A stretch of DNA of 64,000 bases from Octopus vulgaris (lineage: Eukaryota), in the NCBI GenBank assembly GCA_951406725.2, contig OX597823.1:66464001-66528000 (forward strand), given 5' to 3'. The position numbers and the translations under genes are program-made. Below, piece after piece: positions 24,713-38,300 of the stretch (position 1 is its first letter; every line of letters begins with the position of its first letter). The notes below the pieces were generated by a model, which was not told the DNA's origin, ran no database searches, and saw only the letters and a program-made list of their open reading frames with translations.

Positions 24713-25032
24713 ACTGCAATTCCATTAGAGATCAACGATGCATATTTTTACATGATTAGTTATATAATAAATGTTTTTATAGCAAAGAGACTTCAGAGAA
24801 AAGATAAAATAAAATCTCTTTAGCTTATACTTTATGTATTTCCAGCTTTGTATGTTTTTCTACGAAAGTTACTGTACCCGTGTTTGTGTTAGTGTGAGCG
24901 TGTGTGTGAGTATATATGCAGTCATGTGTTAAATTTTCTTCCAAATATCTTACTATCCAAAACACTAAATCCGAAATCGAGCATCGGGAAGTGGACCTGT
25001 AGAAATACTACTACTACTACTACTACTACTAC

Positions 25033-25110
<78 letters not shown>

Positions 25111-25111
<1 letters not shown>

Positions 25112-25785
25112 AAAGTACAGAAAGGACATGCAGAAGGATCACGCAAGGATTACACAATCAATTCCATGTACTCACAGAAGTTGCTGCTAAAAATAGGTGG
25201 GATTGTCTGATGAAAGGAACCATAAGTAAAGAGACCGAGCTCTGGCCACGAACTGGAGGGTGAACCTGAGGAAGAGCAAGTGTCTCCACTGTGCCGCGTC
25301 TGCGAGCTGAAACCGCAGAGAGTGTCAAGCTGCAAAATCCTCTGAGATTTCCCAAACTAAACAGATCAGGCGCTAGAGCATAACTGACCGGACGTAGTGG
25401 TGGTGGACAAGGTGCACCACGGATGCTACATAGTTGATGTTACACTCCGCTTTGACCTACGAAAAGTCAAGAAGAAAGGCAAAAACCCTCTGAATTACGA
25501 AATAGTCCTCCTATGATAACGAAGAAGGTGAAGATGGTGTCAAGTATTGATTAGGTCCCTGGGAACAGTATCAGAAGGCACCAAGAAAAATATAAAGGAA
25601 ATTGGAATAGAGTGCCCAGGAGAAGTTACGAAAGGTTTGCTTCCTTGGCACGGTCAGAATAATCAGGAAAATATTAGACAGCTGAAAAGAACGAATATCA
25701 TGGTACCATAGGCTGTAGGTAGTAAGCTTGCTACGCATGGAAGATTCCAGGAACTTTAACAAAACCTGTGATAAAGAGATAATAA
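25111..25785 (+). pseudogene. R4/Dong-type LINE 3' remnant (zinc knuckle and REL domain)
   Basis: RLHNQFH…MKGTISKETE, SPLCRVCE, KIL*DFPN*TDQALEHN*PDVVVVDKVHHGCYIVDV and LRKVCFLGTVRIIRKILD. Bounded by (AAT)/(GAT)n on both sides. Confidence 0.75.
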
Positions 25786-25804
25786 TGATGATGATGATGA
25801 TGAT

Positions 25805-25935
25805 GAGAAGAAGAAGAAGAAGAAGAAGAAGAAGAAGGAGAAGGAGAAGAAGAAGAAGAAGAAGAAGAAGAAGAAGAAGAAGAAGAAGAAGAAGAAGAAG
25901 AAGAAGAAGAAGAAGAAGAAGAAGAAGAAGAAGAA
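25805..25935. repeat. (AAG)n microsatellite
   Basis: Read directly from the sequence. Confidence 0.95.
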
Positions 25936-26505
25936 ATGCCCTGATGCAGTACCAGGCAGTGGCTCTCGTGGCTTCAGATCTTAACTGATTGGAAGTGTTC
26001 TGAGGTACATTGTTTTGTCTTGGTATAAAAGATGGGCTACAGCAAATATTCCGCTCAATACCACAGATTTGCTTGTCAGTTGTTTGACCTTAACCAGTTG
26101 AGCATGTTCCTTAGTAGCTGACGATATGTTCATCTCTGATAACGAGCAGAAGTAGTGGGCGAGCATCATAACCATGTGTTGAGGGGAAATCTCTCGGGTT
26201 TGGATAATTCACCTCTGGAAATATGGGTATTTTGTTCAGCATCTTTAAACAACCCTTATTCACGAACCTTTTGAGTGTGATGGCCTACTCTACCTGAAGA
26301 TAATTGTAACTGGTCTCCACCTGCAAAGTCATGCGCTGTTTATCTTGATATGAGATCAGTATGTCGCGCGCATATGGTTGTGATGCATGTGCCTGGTGCA
26401 CTCTTATCAGACGGGTAGTCATGATGGGTATACCGGGATTCTATATTTTACCCCAGTGTCATTTTGATGGCATGCACTGCTCTCTCACTCATTAATAATA
26501 GTAAT
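25936..26505. mobile_element. ~560-bp interspersed repeat ending in an (AAT)-like tail
   Basis: Non-coding, higher-GC block AATGCCCTGATGCAGTACCAGGCAG…CTCTCTCACTCATTAATAATAGTAAT inserted between microsatellites. I recall it as an abundant octopus repeat; not verified. Confidence 0.5.
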
Positions 26506-26509
26506 CGCA

Positions 26510-26745
26510 AAACCAACAGTTAGAAGAGTCACAAAATACAGAAACTGATGGGCTATGAAGCTCTGAGAAGAGAGTTATTAAGGCTATAGTTAATGTAAAG
26601 ATTGTATAAAGTTCCGATATTTGTTGGTGTGCTGATTATAGTGACCCTCCCCCTAAAAGAAGACATTTACTCCAAATGATAGGGTAAAAAAGAAAACAGA
26701 GCACATCCAGAAAACAACAATACATGGAAGTTCAAGGAGCGTTGG
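26510..26745 (+). pseudogene. Second, older R4/Dong-type LINE C-terminal remnant
   Basis: YEALRRELLRL*…KVPIFVGVL…HIQKTTIHGSSR resembles KYQDLKREIKRLW…VPVVVGALG…IQKTALLGTAR. Confidence 0.5.
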
Positions 26746-29700
26746 CAAAGGAGTCACGGCAAAGCTCTTGAGATAAGAAAAGGAAATACCATTTTAGTTT
26801 ATGTGATGCGAAAAACTGGTACACTAATTACACCTCCAGAGGGGTCGTTTGACATGCGGAGACACTGAATAATTTCTCCAGCAAGTTTCCAACAATATCA
26901 AATCAAAAAGAAAACGAAACCGATAAATAACCGATAGAACTATGAAAAGAGAACCGGGAAAATATTACTCAGTATACTTTAAGGTGGTGCCCCAGCATGG
27001 CAGCGAAAACTGTAACAAATAAATGATAAAAGATGTGAAAAGCTTATTACAGATGTTTATGGAATCCGGTGTTCCCACACCACATATAAATATCTCCATG
27101 GAAATCAATACGATGCTGTCCCTTGCATCAAATAAAAAAAAAGCAGTAAAATTATTACCTAACGAGAAACCTGATAATATAAATAAAGAGCTTGACTTTG
27201 ATCCTTCAATCTCGCAAATAATACATAGATATGGGCGAAAATGTTTCTATATCCCCAGAAAATGAACACAGAACATTATATGCCTATAAGAGTTTCAAGG
27301 AAAGTACTGCAGATCTTTGTGCACTGTAGAACTCCAACAGAAAAAGATACATTCTCCAAAGGAATATAGATCAGATGTTGAAACAGGACATAAAAGAAAT
27401 TATGCATCACGAAAACGGAAGTAACGATCACAGAAGACCCAACAACAACAAAGAAAAAAATAAAAACACAGAGGGTGTAATTCCCCACGATAGGAGACAT
27501 TTAAAACAAACCAAGAATAGAAAAAAAAATGACATTACAAATTCAAAATCCAGAAGTACACAGTACAGGCCAACAAAACTCAAAACAGAATTGCACGCAG
27601 AAAAATATTAATGAAATGGAATATGTGGAAGATAGAAAATGTGAAATTCGTCTATATGCATATATATTAAAATGACTGACAGTTTGCTTCTACCACGTAT
27701 TAACATGAACAATATCTTTCCAAAGAGCTGCCATACAATTTCCATATTCGAATTTTCATTGAAAGCATTTTTCTATACTCGCGAATGTTATAAAAGAAAA
27801 TTGTTCAAGGTAACGTATCCTAAAATCAGGAGATTTTTCTAAGCTAAATTCTTAACCAGGTAATTATGCTTATTGGGTTATTAAAGCACAGAATGAATCT
27901 GTAAATGTTTACGCAATCTTGTATATTAGGTAGATAAAGTTATTAAAGGTAATCTTCTATAGTAGCTATATTAGCAACATGTAAAAAAACAATGTGTATG
28001 CATATATGCTTTTTTCTGCATGTTTGTGTGCGCGTGGTTGATTTTTCTACAGTATTTAGAAATATTACATAGACGTTAACATGTATTCAATCTAAAGAAG
28101 AGCGCCGTTGTGTGCTTAATAAAATACAATAACAGCAGATGTAACTCGCTAAATCAGGAAGCATTTTAGTCGGTCGTCAGCTATGTATTAAACGTTAAAA
28201 ACTATATTAAATATTTGATTAAATTAAAAAAAAACTCTCGTTTCAACTCAAAGTAGGTCTAAAACAAATACTTCATAAAAGCCTTAAAATACTTTCTGAT
28301 AACATATTCACGGTGCCAATACTACATTTATTTTGCAGTTTAGAAAGAATTTTCTAACCTTCCCTCTGTAGTTGTAAGTTAGAAGAAGCTTGTAGGTTTA
28401 ACGATGTCTAGATAAAAGTATAATTACACCGGTAAAAGAAAGTGGAAAATGTAAAAGTGTTTTCGGATTAATGTTCGTAGAATGCTATCTACACGCATTA
28501 AGATTGTTGTGGCGTCTGTCAAGCGTGGCGTATTAAGTTTTTGAAGAATAATTCCACTCCTCTTCGCCTGGGAACAAAATAAATTCCATCGTATGTTGCA
28601 AGATAATTCTTCCATTTTCAGAGAATATTTCTATTACATAAATGTATAACAGGCGCTTTCGAATGGGTGTGAGTGTGTATGCATGTATGTATGTATATAT
28701 ATATATATAACCAATACAGATGGCTCACAAGCACATATTAGTATATAAGTCATGGCAATTTATGAATCACAATAGTTGAAAAGATATTTGATATGTCATA
28801 TACATGATGCTTATCAACGTGCCACGTGTAATTCAGTGAGATTCAGATTTCATATCGCATCATAATCAACTTCGTCTCCATCATTTAGAGAAAATAATAA
28901 GGTACCTACCAGAGATGTTTCACTACTGATAAAATAGACAATGCATCCCAGCTGTAACATTGGGATCAGATTAGAAATTAGATTTACTGTATGCACCATT
29001 ATATAAGACGATCTACTTCGACCGGGTCCACTTTGCTTTGCTTATGTCAGTAATTAGAAGTCAATATTTTGTCACGTCCCTCTATTTCTAAGTTCAATTC
29101 CAGTTGAGCTTTTCTTTGTTCTTTCCTTGTGGGATCAATAAATCAAGTACATAAGAGGCGTGTCTTCCAAATATTGTAGAATATGTTATCTTCTAAGTTT
29201 TCTTTTATACGTAATGAAACTTCGTGAAACTAGATATCAGACAAGAATAGAGGTTAAATCAATCCGTTGTCCTTCTCTTGTAAAGCGCTTGAAAAGCTGT
29301 CAGTATGAGATATTTCATTAACTGTATGGAATATTATGGTATTTCGAGGAAAATATATGAAGGCGTCACCCAAAATTTTATTTCAAACGCAAGAAAGACG
29401 CCACAAACTTCAAAATTGGAATTTCCTAAAAATAGAGATGAAATAGAATAATTTTAAAATAGTTGTGTGTATGATGCATGTCAGAATAATTGAATAAGAT
29501 TTAATAATATTTAAACATTACTTCAATGATTGATAGATCAAAAAACAACTTTTGTGTTTAAGAAAATAAAACGCAAGAAATATATATAAGCTCTGTATAG
29601 TGTCAGAGACAAATTTTATGAATATATATAGTTATATGAACCACGAATGACTCGATCTATTTCACAGCAAATAATTGCCGCGACATGTTATTTCTTTTCC

Positions 29701-30847
29701 TTATCGTATCATGTGCATTCCTATATGAAATGATGAGATTTCTCCGTAGATCGAAGACAATTATGAACAACGCTAATCGGTTCTGGAAACTTATCGCGTT
29801 CCCGTTAGAGGTTTCTACATCAATGTAGCAATTTCCAGACAAACAAGCAGCTAGTTAGTTTAAATACTTCAAAAATGCAGGAACTACTGAGAATTGGACA
29901 ACTGTTAGTGTTTGAAGCCTGTCAACATGAATCTTAGTTTATATAACAGCAGGTTATGGTATAATAATATAAGTAACCTATGTATTTTGATTGTCCATTG
30001 TTCTTTTAAGATATTAGAATCTTATTTGGATCAATTTGGTAACTATGTTTATACAGACGTATATAGTCTGATCTTTGCTTCAAGCGCTGTGCTTTAGCAT
30101 ATACTATTCCTTTTGATGTGTCCAACATGAAAATGGCCACTGATCTCCTATGTGCTAACAAGTGTGACGACAGTGGTGTGATTCAATCTGCCGAGTATCG
30201 GACATAGTATCACTTATTTGCATACATGTATGTTCTGAGTTTAAATCTTTTCTATGCCGAATATTACATTCCTTTCCTTGGAATCGGTAAAATGAATACG
30301 AGTTATAGACCAACGATGAAGCTTCTCCGTAGTCACTCGACAATATAAAAATATCTGCTAAATTTTCCTCGAATAACATATTTGTCTTAAAAACAAGAGA
30401 AGAAAGAAAAGAAAGCCTTTACTTACATTGCTTTGCTTCAAAAGAAGATAACATGGACATTGCTAACACAATTTTAGTCATGATCAGCTCTTCCAGAACT
30501 CACCTGAGTCTAAAGAAAAGCAACAATTGCCAGTTAGTTACTAGACTTGATATAATCGGCATATCTCTCGCCCAAATTATTTGACCTTTTTCAAATATTT
30601 GTAATAGCTGCATATATATTGCACGAATATGTAATCAGTGAGCACGAATTGAAATTACTTCGTTATGAATTTTGCAATTTGATGGTTTCATCTAAATTGA
30701 AAAGCCATACAATGTGTCGACGGGTATTAGTATGTAATTTCGAAATACCTTACTTGGCGTTTCGTTTAAGGAAAATAATACCGAAAGAAAGATTAGTATT
30801 GAAGAAGGAAGAGAGAGACGTGGGGTGGAGAAAGAGATAGATAGATT

Positions 30848-30891
<44 letters not shown>

Positions 30892-33649
30892 TAGTGTAAT
30901 AATTGGAGAGAATGAGAGAAAAACATGATGAAATCGTTTTACTTGTCAAAATAGATGAGTATACAAGAAATATAATTTGTATCCCGAAACCAATCGTATA
31001 TTGCTGATCGTCAAATCTTATTTTAGTGTTCATGTTTGGCCTCAGAGTGTTAGACGACATCCAGTATACAATCGTTTCACCACCATTCAGTCACCAGGCG
31101 AGTCATTAAAGAAGTATTTATGTTGTAGCTTGGGCTGTTAGGCTAAGGAGTTAAATCTCAAATTTACATGCAATGTACCGCATTGAAAAGAAGGCGGCAT
31201 ATAAGGGATAATGTAGCATTAGATATATTGAGCTTTAAAAATCCGAGAAGAAAGTCATATCTGCAATACTGATTTGAACTCAGTTTTAAAGTGTGATCTT
31301 CACTCCTTATTTTGTGATTGTAATATATTAGTGTGTTATGTTAATTCACTTCTTCAGTGATTCTTGAATACACCACAAATGATAACAAAATATACTTCGG
31401 TTCCACTGTGACAACTGGGCTGATGGGGATGAACTATATTATTACGCAATTAGTTCTATAAAATTACGAAATATCAGCTGTGTGATTAATCGAGGTGAAC
31501 ATACGTATTCCGCATCCTTGTTTATCCATCTACATTGACGTGCAGGATAAAGAAATGGTGTTTCTAAGCTTCATAATGGTTTCAAAAGCAGTATCTTCTG
31601 TTTCTTAGTATAAGTTTCTCATATTTATATTGACTTTCACCTTATATTCAGTAATAAAAGGAATGTACAAAACGCAATGATCATTCAAATGCATATTCTG
31701 AAAGTAACTCGTCTTCTACGCAAAAATCTTACTCAGCAGAGATTTCCTCACCGGCGATGCACTTGTATCATCACTGAATCGAACTTTCGAGTCCTGTTAG
31801 AAAAAATCAGGTGTGCATTGTTGTACCCACTTCTTCACTGCCAACTTCCCATCGCTTCTGTAACCAAATTATTGGTTACAAACACTGCACTTCATTAGAC
31901 CGAACCGGTAGATTTAGGAGGACGTCGGATCTTCCGACTTTTTACCAAGTATTTAATTGGTCGTCCATTCTCATAATGAATGCGCCTCATTTTCAGATTC
32001 TTGTTTAGTGTATTCCTCTGAATGGCTTTTCCAAGATATTTGGGTGCTTTTTCGGATCAGTCTAGTTCCAAAGACGTTATGTTAATGATGTCGGGTCATC
32101 CCATAAAATCGGTCACCATGATTTTTCTGTGCAAATCGCTGGCTCTTGAAATTCTTAGACTTTGGAGATGTGTGACATCATTTCATCGACGGAGCCTTTA
32201 TTAAAATCATTTAGTCCACTTGCTGGCGACTCGAGCCAATGGTCATAGCTGATAGTCTCTCAGTGCGTGGTTTATTCTCAATACTTCACCGCTCCTCGTT
32301 TTAATTTCCTTATCTATTTTTACACATTGACCTTGTTTAGAAGTTAATTCTGAAAATCACATGTAGGTGTCTTTGGATGTCGGACAACATACACCCCTCC
32401 TTCATCGGGAACTCAATTACGACAACGTTATGACTGCTCCGAACACATTTGCTGCTAATGAAAACTTTGCAAAAGAGCAAGAAGTTGCATTACAATTAAG
32501 TGTTAATATATCAACATTTGCAATTCAAACGATCTATGACAGGTAATAAAAATTGATGTCCAATTTTGCATTACTTTTGGCATAACTTTTTATCATTACC
32601 ATCAAGTTATAAATCCGGATAGTATAACCACCCGTGAATCGCACATTTTACTAGTTATTAATATAAAGCAGCGGAAAGGGGGTGAGGTGGTATAAACGTT
32701 GGCTCGCCATGCAAAATACGTAACGACATTTGGTCTGACTACGCTCTGTATTCAAATTCGGCCTTCGTTGGCTTTGTTTTTCATCATTTCGGAGTCGATA
32801 AAGTGATACCAGTTGAGAACTGAAGTTGACGTAATCGACTTGCTTCCTTCTCTAAAATTGCTGGACTTGTGCTGAAATTCTTAACCCGCCAATCATTTTC
32901 CCCTGTGTGCTAACGATTGTTAGGACGTCGGAAACTATCTAAAAGTGTTCGTTTCCACGCTTTACGCTCTGGTTTCAAATACCAGGACTACAACACACCA
33001 CCAGCCATACATACACTACTTGGGCTTTGCTCGAATGTTCTATATCAATACCTTGCAAATAAATATATGACTCTGAAAACAGTAGTTCGTTCGAGCCTTT
33101 CACAATCTGTTTCTGGGTAATGTACATGTTGTTTACGTTTCGATTACAAATCCCGACGAAAATTAATTTCCCTCACAACATTCCGGGTACGATTAAATTA
33201 TACCACTGACATACAGAAGTTGACAAAATCACAGCTCCTTCCTGCAATATATCAACAGTTGTGCCAAATCGTTCATGCATATAACCAACAATTAAAATAT
33301 CTAAGTCTCGAAATTGACTTAATCGATCGGCCTTTACTAGAAATAAATTAAAATAAACTAGTTATTAATGAACCACTATGTCGGATTGAATCGACTACTG
33401 CATGGTATCAAAATAGTTTTTCATTAAAACTAGTTTGTTGAACATGAAAATTGTTCGGCATCAAGAAATGAATTCGCGTACTTCCGCTTAGATTTCGGCA
33501 CTTGCATTACTCACACACACAGATGGTGGTGGTGGTGGTGGTAGTAGTAGTAGCAGTAGTAGAAGCAGCAGCAGCAGCGGCAGTAGCAGCAGCAGCAGCG
33601 GCAGTAGCAGCAGCGGCAGTAGCAGCAGCAGCAGTAGTAGTAGTATATG

Positions 33650-33982
33650 GGTATACTTTGTAACAGTGCGTCACTGCATCCACCGTTTGCTAGTGATTCC
33701 CTACTCCTGGCGGATGACCGCTTTGCACCACTCAGGTGACCACTCACCAACCAATGGGTCTGTTCAGTTACCTGCTGTTGGTGAGGATTTTACTAAATCG
33801 GAGTGAAAGTCTTTCAGTCAACTTCTATGATACGCAGAGGAAACGTTGAGTCTATTTTGTTCTCCACACAGCACTGAAGTAAAGTTAAATGAAGTGTTTT
33901 GCTCAAGAACACAACACGCCTCCCAATCCGGCAATCGAACCCACGATCGCCAGATCAACAGCCTTAACAAGTAGACCACGAG
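33650..33982 (-). mobile_element. tRNA-derived SINE family C-like
   Basis: Minus-strand GTGGGTTCGATTGCCGG…GTGTTGTGTTCTTGAGCAAAACACTTCATTT shares its head and core with 54683-54930. Confidence 0.7.
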
Positions 33983-34589
33983 CGAATGAGAAATAAAAGA
34001 TATTTCATACTTTAACTAAGATTTTATCTTTAAACTTCTTTTCTACAGAAAATATTACTTGCTCTCAACAATGCATGTTTTGACTAGATTATTTTTTTGA
34101 AAATTTCTATCTTGTAATAAATGAATAACAAAATATCTGAAATTGTGAAAGATTCAAGTTTTATTTTCTTTGCTGTTCGTTGACTACAGTTTGATATACC
34201 ATAATCTGTCTGGTGAAATGAATATGAATTTAGATGTAATTTTTTTTCATGGCAATAACAGATTAACACCATAGATATTTGAAACCCGAAAAGAAATATT
34301 GTTGAATCACTGTTAATACATTTCTTTATTTTCTGATGCAGTGAAATGGAAAATTTATTTTCATATAAATTATTTTGTTTTATATTTTTCATTGAACATC
34401 AACTTACTAAAACATGTTGATATAAAGTTTCTGTAAATAAACATAAAAAGTTATTCTAAAAGTTAAGTAGGCTTTGATTGCAAAATTGTTTCTAGTTTCT
34501 ATTCTTTAGCAATATTCAGATCGTTCCGATTCTCTTATTATCTTCAGGTGTTCTATTTCTGGTTATATACATGTTCCCATCTCTTTTCT

Positions 34590-34803
34590 AATTCTCTAGT
34601 CTAGGCCCAAGGCCTGAATTTCTCGGAGAGGGCGCCAGTCGATTAGATCGACCCCAATACGCAACTGGTACTTAATTTATCGACCCCGAAAGGATGACAG
34701 GCAAAGTCGATCTCGGCGGAATTTGAACTCAGAACGTAACGGCAGACAAAATACTGCTAAGCACTTCGCTCGGCGTGCTAAAATTTCTGCCAGCTCGCCG
34801 CCT
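34590..34803 (-). mobile_element. SINE family B, tail type B1, full length with probable TSD
   Basis: Complete head, core and tail. Flanking near-repeat TACATGTTCCCAT (34568-34580) / TACATATTCCCAT (34804-34816). Confidence 0.9.
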
Positions 34804-37800
34804 TACATATTCCCATTTCATCGCTTCCATTCTTTAATCATTTCCCACATTCTTGTAGTACACTTTCTTGTAACAATATAGGACATTTAATCGAATTTCA
34901 CTCTACAGAATAGTAAAAGATAATGTATAGAAAATATAATCTAATTTAACAATATCTAACTATGGAAGAGTTGTCAGAATAGGTGGTGTTTATTAAGATA
35001 TACCTTCATGATCAAGATTTGTAATGCATTCACAGGAAGGAGTCACAGAAATGAATAGAAATAGTAAAGGTATTTTAAAGCATTTAACCAATAAATTAGC
35101 TTTCGTTAGAGAAGCAACACCCTAGCTCAAGGAAGATTAAATATTTAGAAATCACTAAATTTCAAAACAGAGAAAAACATGGAAATATTAGAAAATTTGA
35201 TATATTTAATCTCTATTTGTAGAAAACAATTAATTATTCCAAAATATTTTCAAAATAAGGGATAACTAGACACTTCACCATCCTTTAGATTATCATATAA
35301 TTTTTGTACGTTTCTTTACCAGTCAGTAAATCAAGTTTCCATCTATCCTTCAAGATGATAGTATATTGGAATCTACTGAATGGAAAATTTTCCTCCCTTT
35401 AAATATTGGCATTTGGCCAAGTGAAAAGAAATGAGTATATATAAAATGCAAACTGTGGGTTTGATATAAAATCAGTCAGGCAGGAAATCGTTAAATACAA
35501 TGCAATTGTATTATGACGACGTGAGAGAGAAAGCGCTTAAGACCATTGAATATTTTGATAAATTGCAAGTGATAATAGATTAGTTTATAGTCGCCCGGGG
35601 GATATTTTTCCAAAATTTAATCCGAAATATTTTATGCTTCTCAAAGAATATTTACGAGAATGGTCAAATTGAGCCAATGATATATGTAAATTAAAATAAA
35701 AGTTGCAATTGAGAAATCAATTGAATTTAATTTTTCCAGATCAAATCTGCTCGAGGAAATCTTTAATCATATATCTTTTTTTTTATTAATTTCACAATTC
35801 ATTTGCGATAGAATGTTTTTAGTGCTACTTTATCTATTATCTTCTCTTTAACAAAATGAGGTTCTGATGTTAATCCTCATGTGACACCCGGGTCGATTGC
35901 TCGGCCTAAGTGATACAAGCTGTACGAAATTTGAAGCCGATCCATCGGTCCGATGAAACAAACCTTTTGAAGTATAACCAGGGATCGTTTTTCAGTAGAT
36001 ATAATCCAAAACTATATCATACATTTCGTTTTACTTACTAATAAAGTAGTTTTAGGCCTTTATCCTTTCTTTTCTGCGTGTACCCATCAATTTCAAGCTC
36101 AACAGAAAATAAAAACTTTGGTGCTTTTGGCTACACATACCAAAACACCGTAAGTCTCAAAAATTTGACTATTAAGTTTAGAAAATCGTGACCAGTCTCA
36201 CGCTTCCTCTCTCAATACATTTTCGCTATCATATACAAATAATTTTTTAAATGTTTATTTGTTTATATTTATTTTTGACATGGATCGTGTGTTTTATGTA
36301 CATATGTAGACACAAGCAGGCGTATACACCTCCAAGTAACACTCAACCCCGCCCTTGACCCTTCACTATATCTATGATCTGTCAACTGAATGAAGGGAAA
36401 ACTGTTCCAGCACCCATCTGGCACTCATTTACATATGCAACATGAAATGAGAGGCTTTGCTAAAGGATACAACGCGGATTCCAGTGCAGAAATTAAAGTT
36501 ATAATGTCATGATGATGAGTTGATCCCCCAAGTCAAGTAGCCCCTACTTGACTACGTGACTTCCCGAAGAGACAAAATCAGAAAGGAAATTCATTATTTA
36601 CTTCTACCCACCTAGATCTTGCGTTGGATTCTCGGGAAGAAATATACTAAAAAAGTAATTCGATAGATTAAAATACGTTAAGCGAAAATATCGATGAAAA
36701 GGAAGTTGCTTATTGTTATTGGCAAACGTAGATCTAAAACAATATTTTTTCCGATTCGTTTTATTGTTTGGTTTAAGTTTTGGCTTTCATTCATCCTGTT
36801 TTCTTGTAGCCTTCTTCTGCTTGTTTTTTTTTTCTTTTGCAAATGTAAGAAATCGCTATTAATCGCGTTAGAGAGGTACAGGTATGTAGATGGCAGTGGT
36901 GGTAGGATACAATGAGGCTTTTAGCTACGATATTTTACAGTCTAAGATCAAATCTCAAAGGTAGTCGATTTTGACTTTCATTCCTCCTGCATCGAAGTAA
37001 AATACTTTGTTCGACTATAACTTTTCCCAAACATTTAAAACGAATCTGTTATCCTACATATAATACGCAAAATACCTGGCAGCAAAAAGTTTCGATCATT
37101 TTCTCTCAGTTCTGACCTCGTCCACGTTCACTTTGTCATTTATCCTTCTGGGATCGCTAAAATAAGTATCGATCATTTTGTTGCAGGTTGATATAAGCGT
37201 TAATAAGCACTTCACTCTCAAATGATAAAAAAAACTGTTTCGTTTTATGAATATTTTAGAAAATACAATGTTTGTGAGTGGCAGAAAGAAGACCAACACA
37301 AGTTAGCTGCTTAGCAGTGTTTCGTTTTGTCCATCTATATTTCATGTTGAAATCTCAACCATGTCAATTGTGACAGGAATGTTATTTAGTTTCTCTTATC
37401 ATTTTCATTTTTAGCAAAATTTCTTTCGTGCTTTCAACAGTCCCCTGATAACATATAATGAATATCTGACACATACTGATGGACATTTTATGTTTTCTTT
37501 AGAAATCGCTCGTGTATCAGCAATGTAATAAATCAAGTCCAATTTTATTCTATTGTGATACAATCTTGCTTATAAAGTTTGCTCTTGTTGTTTTCTTACC
37601 CTTCAGATTTTGTTATTTTATATATACAAACAAAAATATATCGGTTAAAAATCTAATTTCTTTTCTTCCAGTGAATATAGGAAAACGAAATTGCTTACGA
37701 GAGGTTACAACGATTTCAAGCAACATTTCCTCTCGAATAATTGTTATATGATATATGAACGCCGTATCAATTCGGGAAGTGATCAGTCATTAATATTACT

Positions 37801-38032
37801 GATATCAATGAGTTATGAAACGTATTTATTCAGACGTCTTGTAGATAATTTTATGACTAAATGACTGAATAACGCTAAGTTATACATTGAGTATTTAAAA
37901 CTATATTTTTAAACATGTAATTTTAAAATAACACTTTTATACTACGTTAAAACATCTATCATTAATTTGATACCAGCAACATCGCTTCGACCAGCAGCTG
38001 AGCTGGTTGATTTTATGAAGTACTTTAAATGC

Positions 38033-38300
38033 TTTTCTACTCTAGGCACAAGGCCGACAATTTTGGGGGAGTAGGACCAGTCGATTAGATCGACCCCAGT
38101 ACGCAACTGGTACTTAATTTATCGATCCCAAAAGCAAAGTCGACCATGGCGGATTTTGATCATAGAACGTAAAGACAGACGAAATACTTATTTCTTTACT
38201 ACCCACAAGGGGCTAAACACAGAGAGGACAAACAAGGACAGACAAACGGATTAAGTCGATTATATCGACCACAGTGCGTAACTAGTACTTATTTAATCGA
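38033..38300 (-). mobile_element. B1-B2 composite SINE, left part, interrupted by the gag-like element
   Basis: B1 tail and core to …GACGAAATAC (38186), joined to a B2 tail TATTTCTTTACTACCCAC…ATTTAATCGA (38300). SINE head sequence resumes at about 40125. Confidence 0.85.

Noticed and set aside
27230-27611. Possible N-terminal fragment of a Dong-like LINE (RKRYILQRN…)
   Set aside because: Only one short motif resembles the family, which is too weak to annotate without an alignment.
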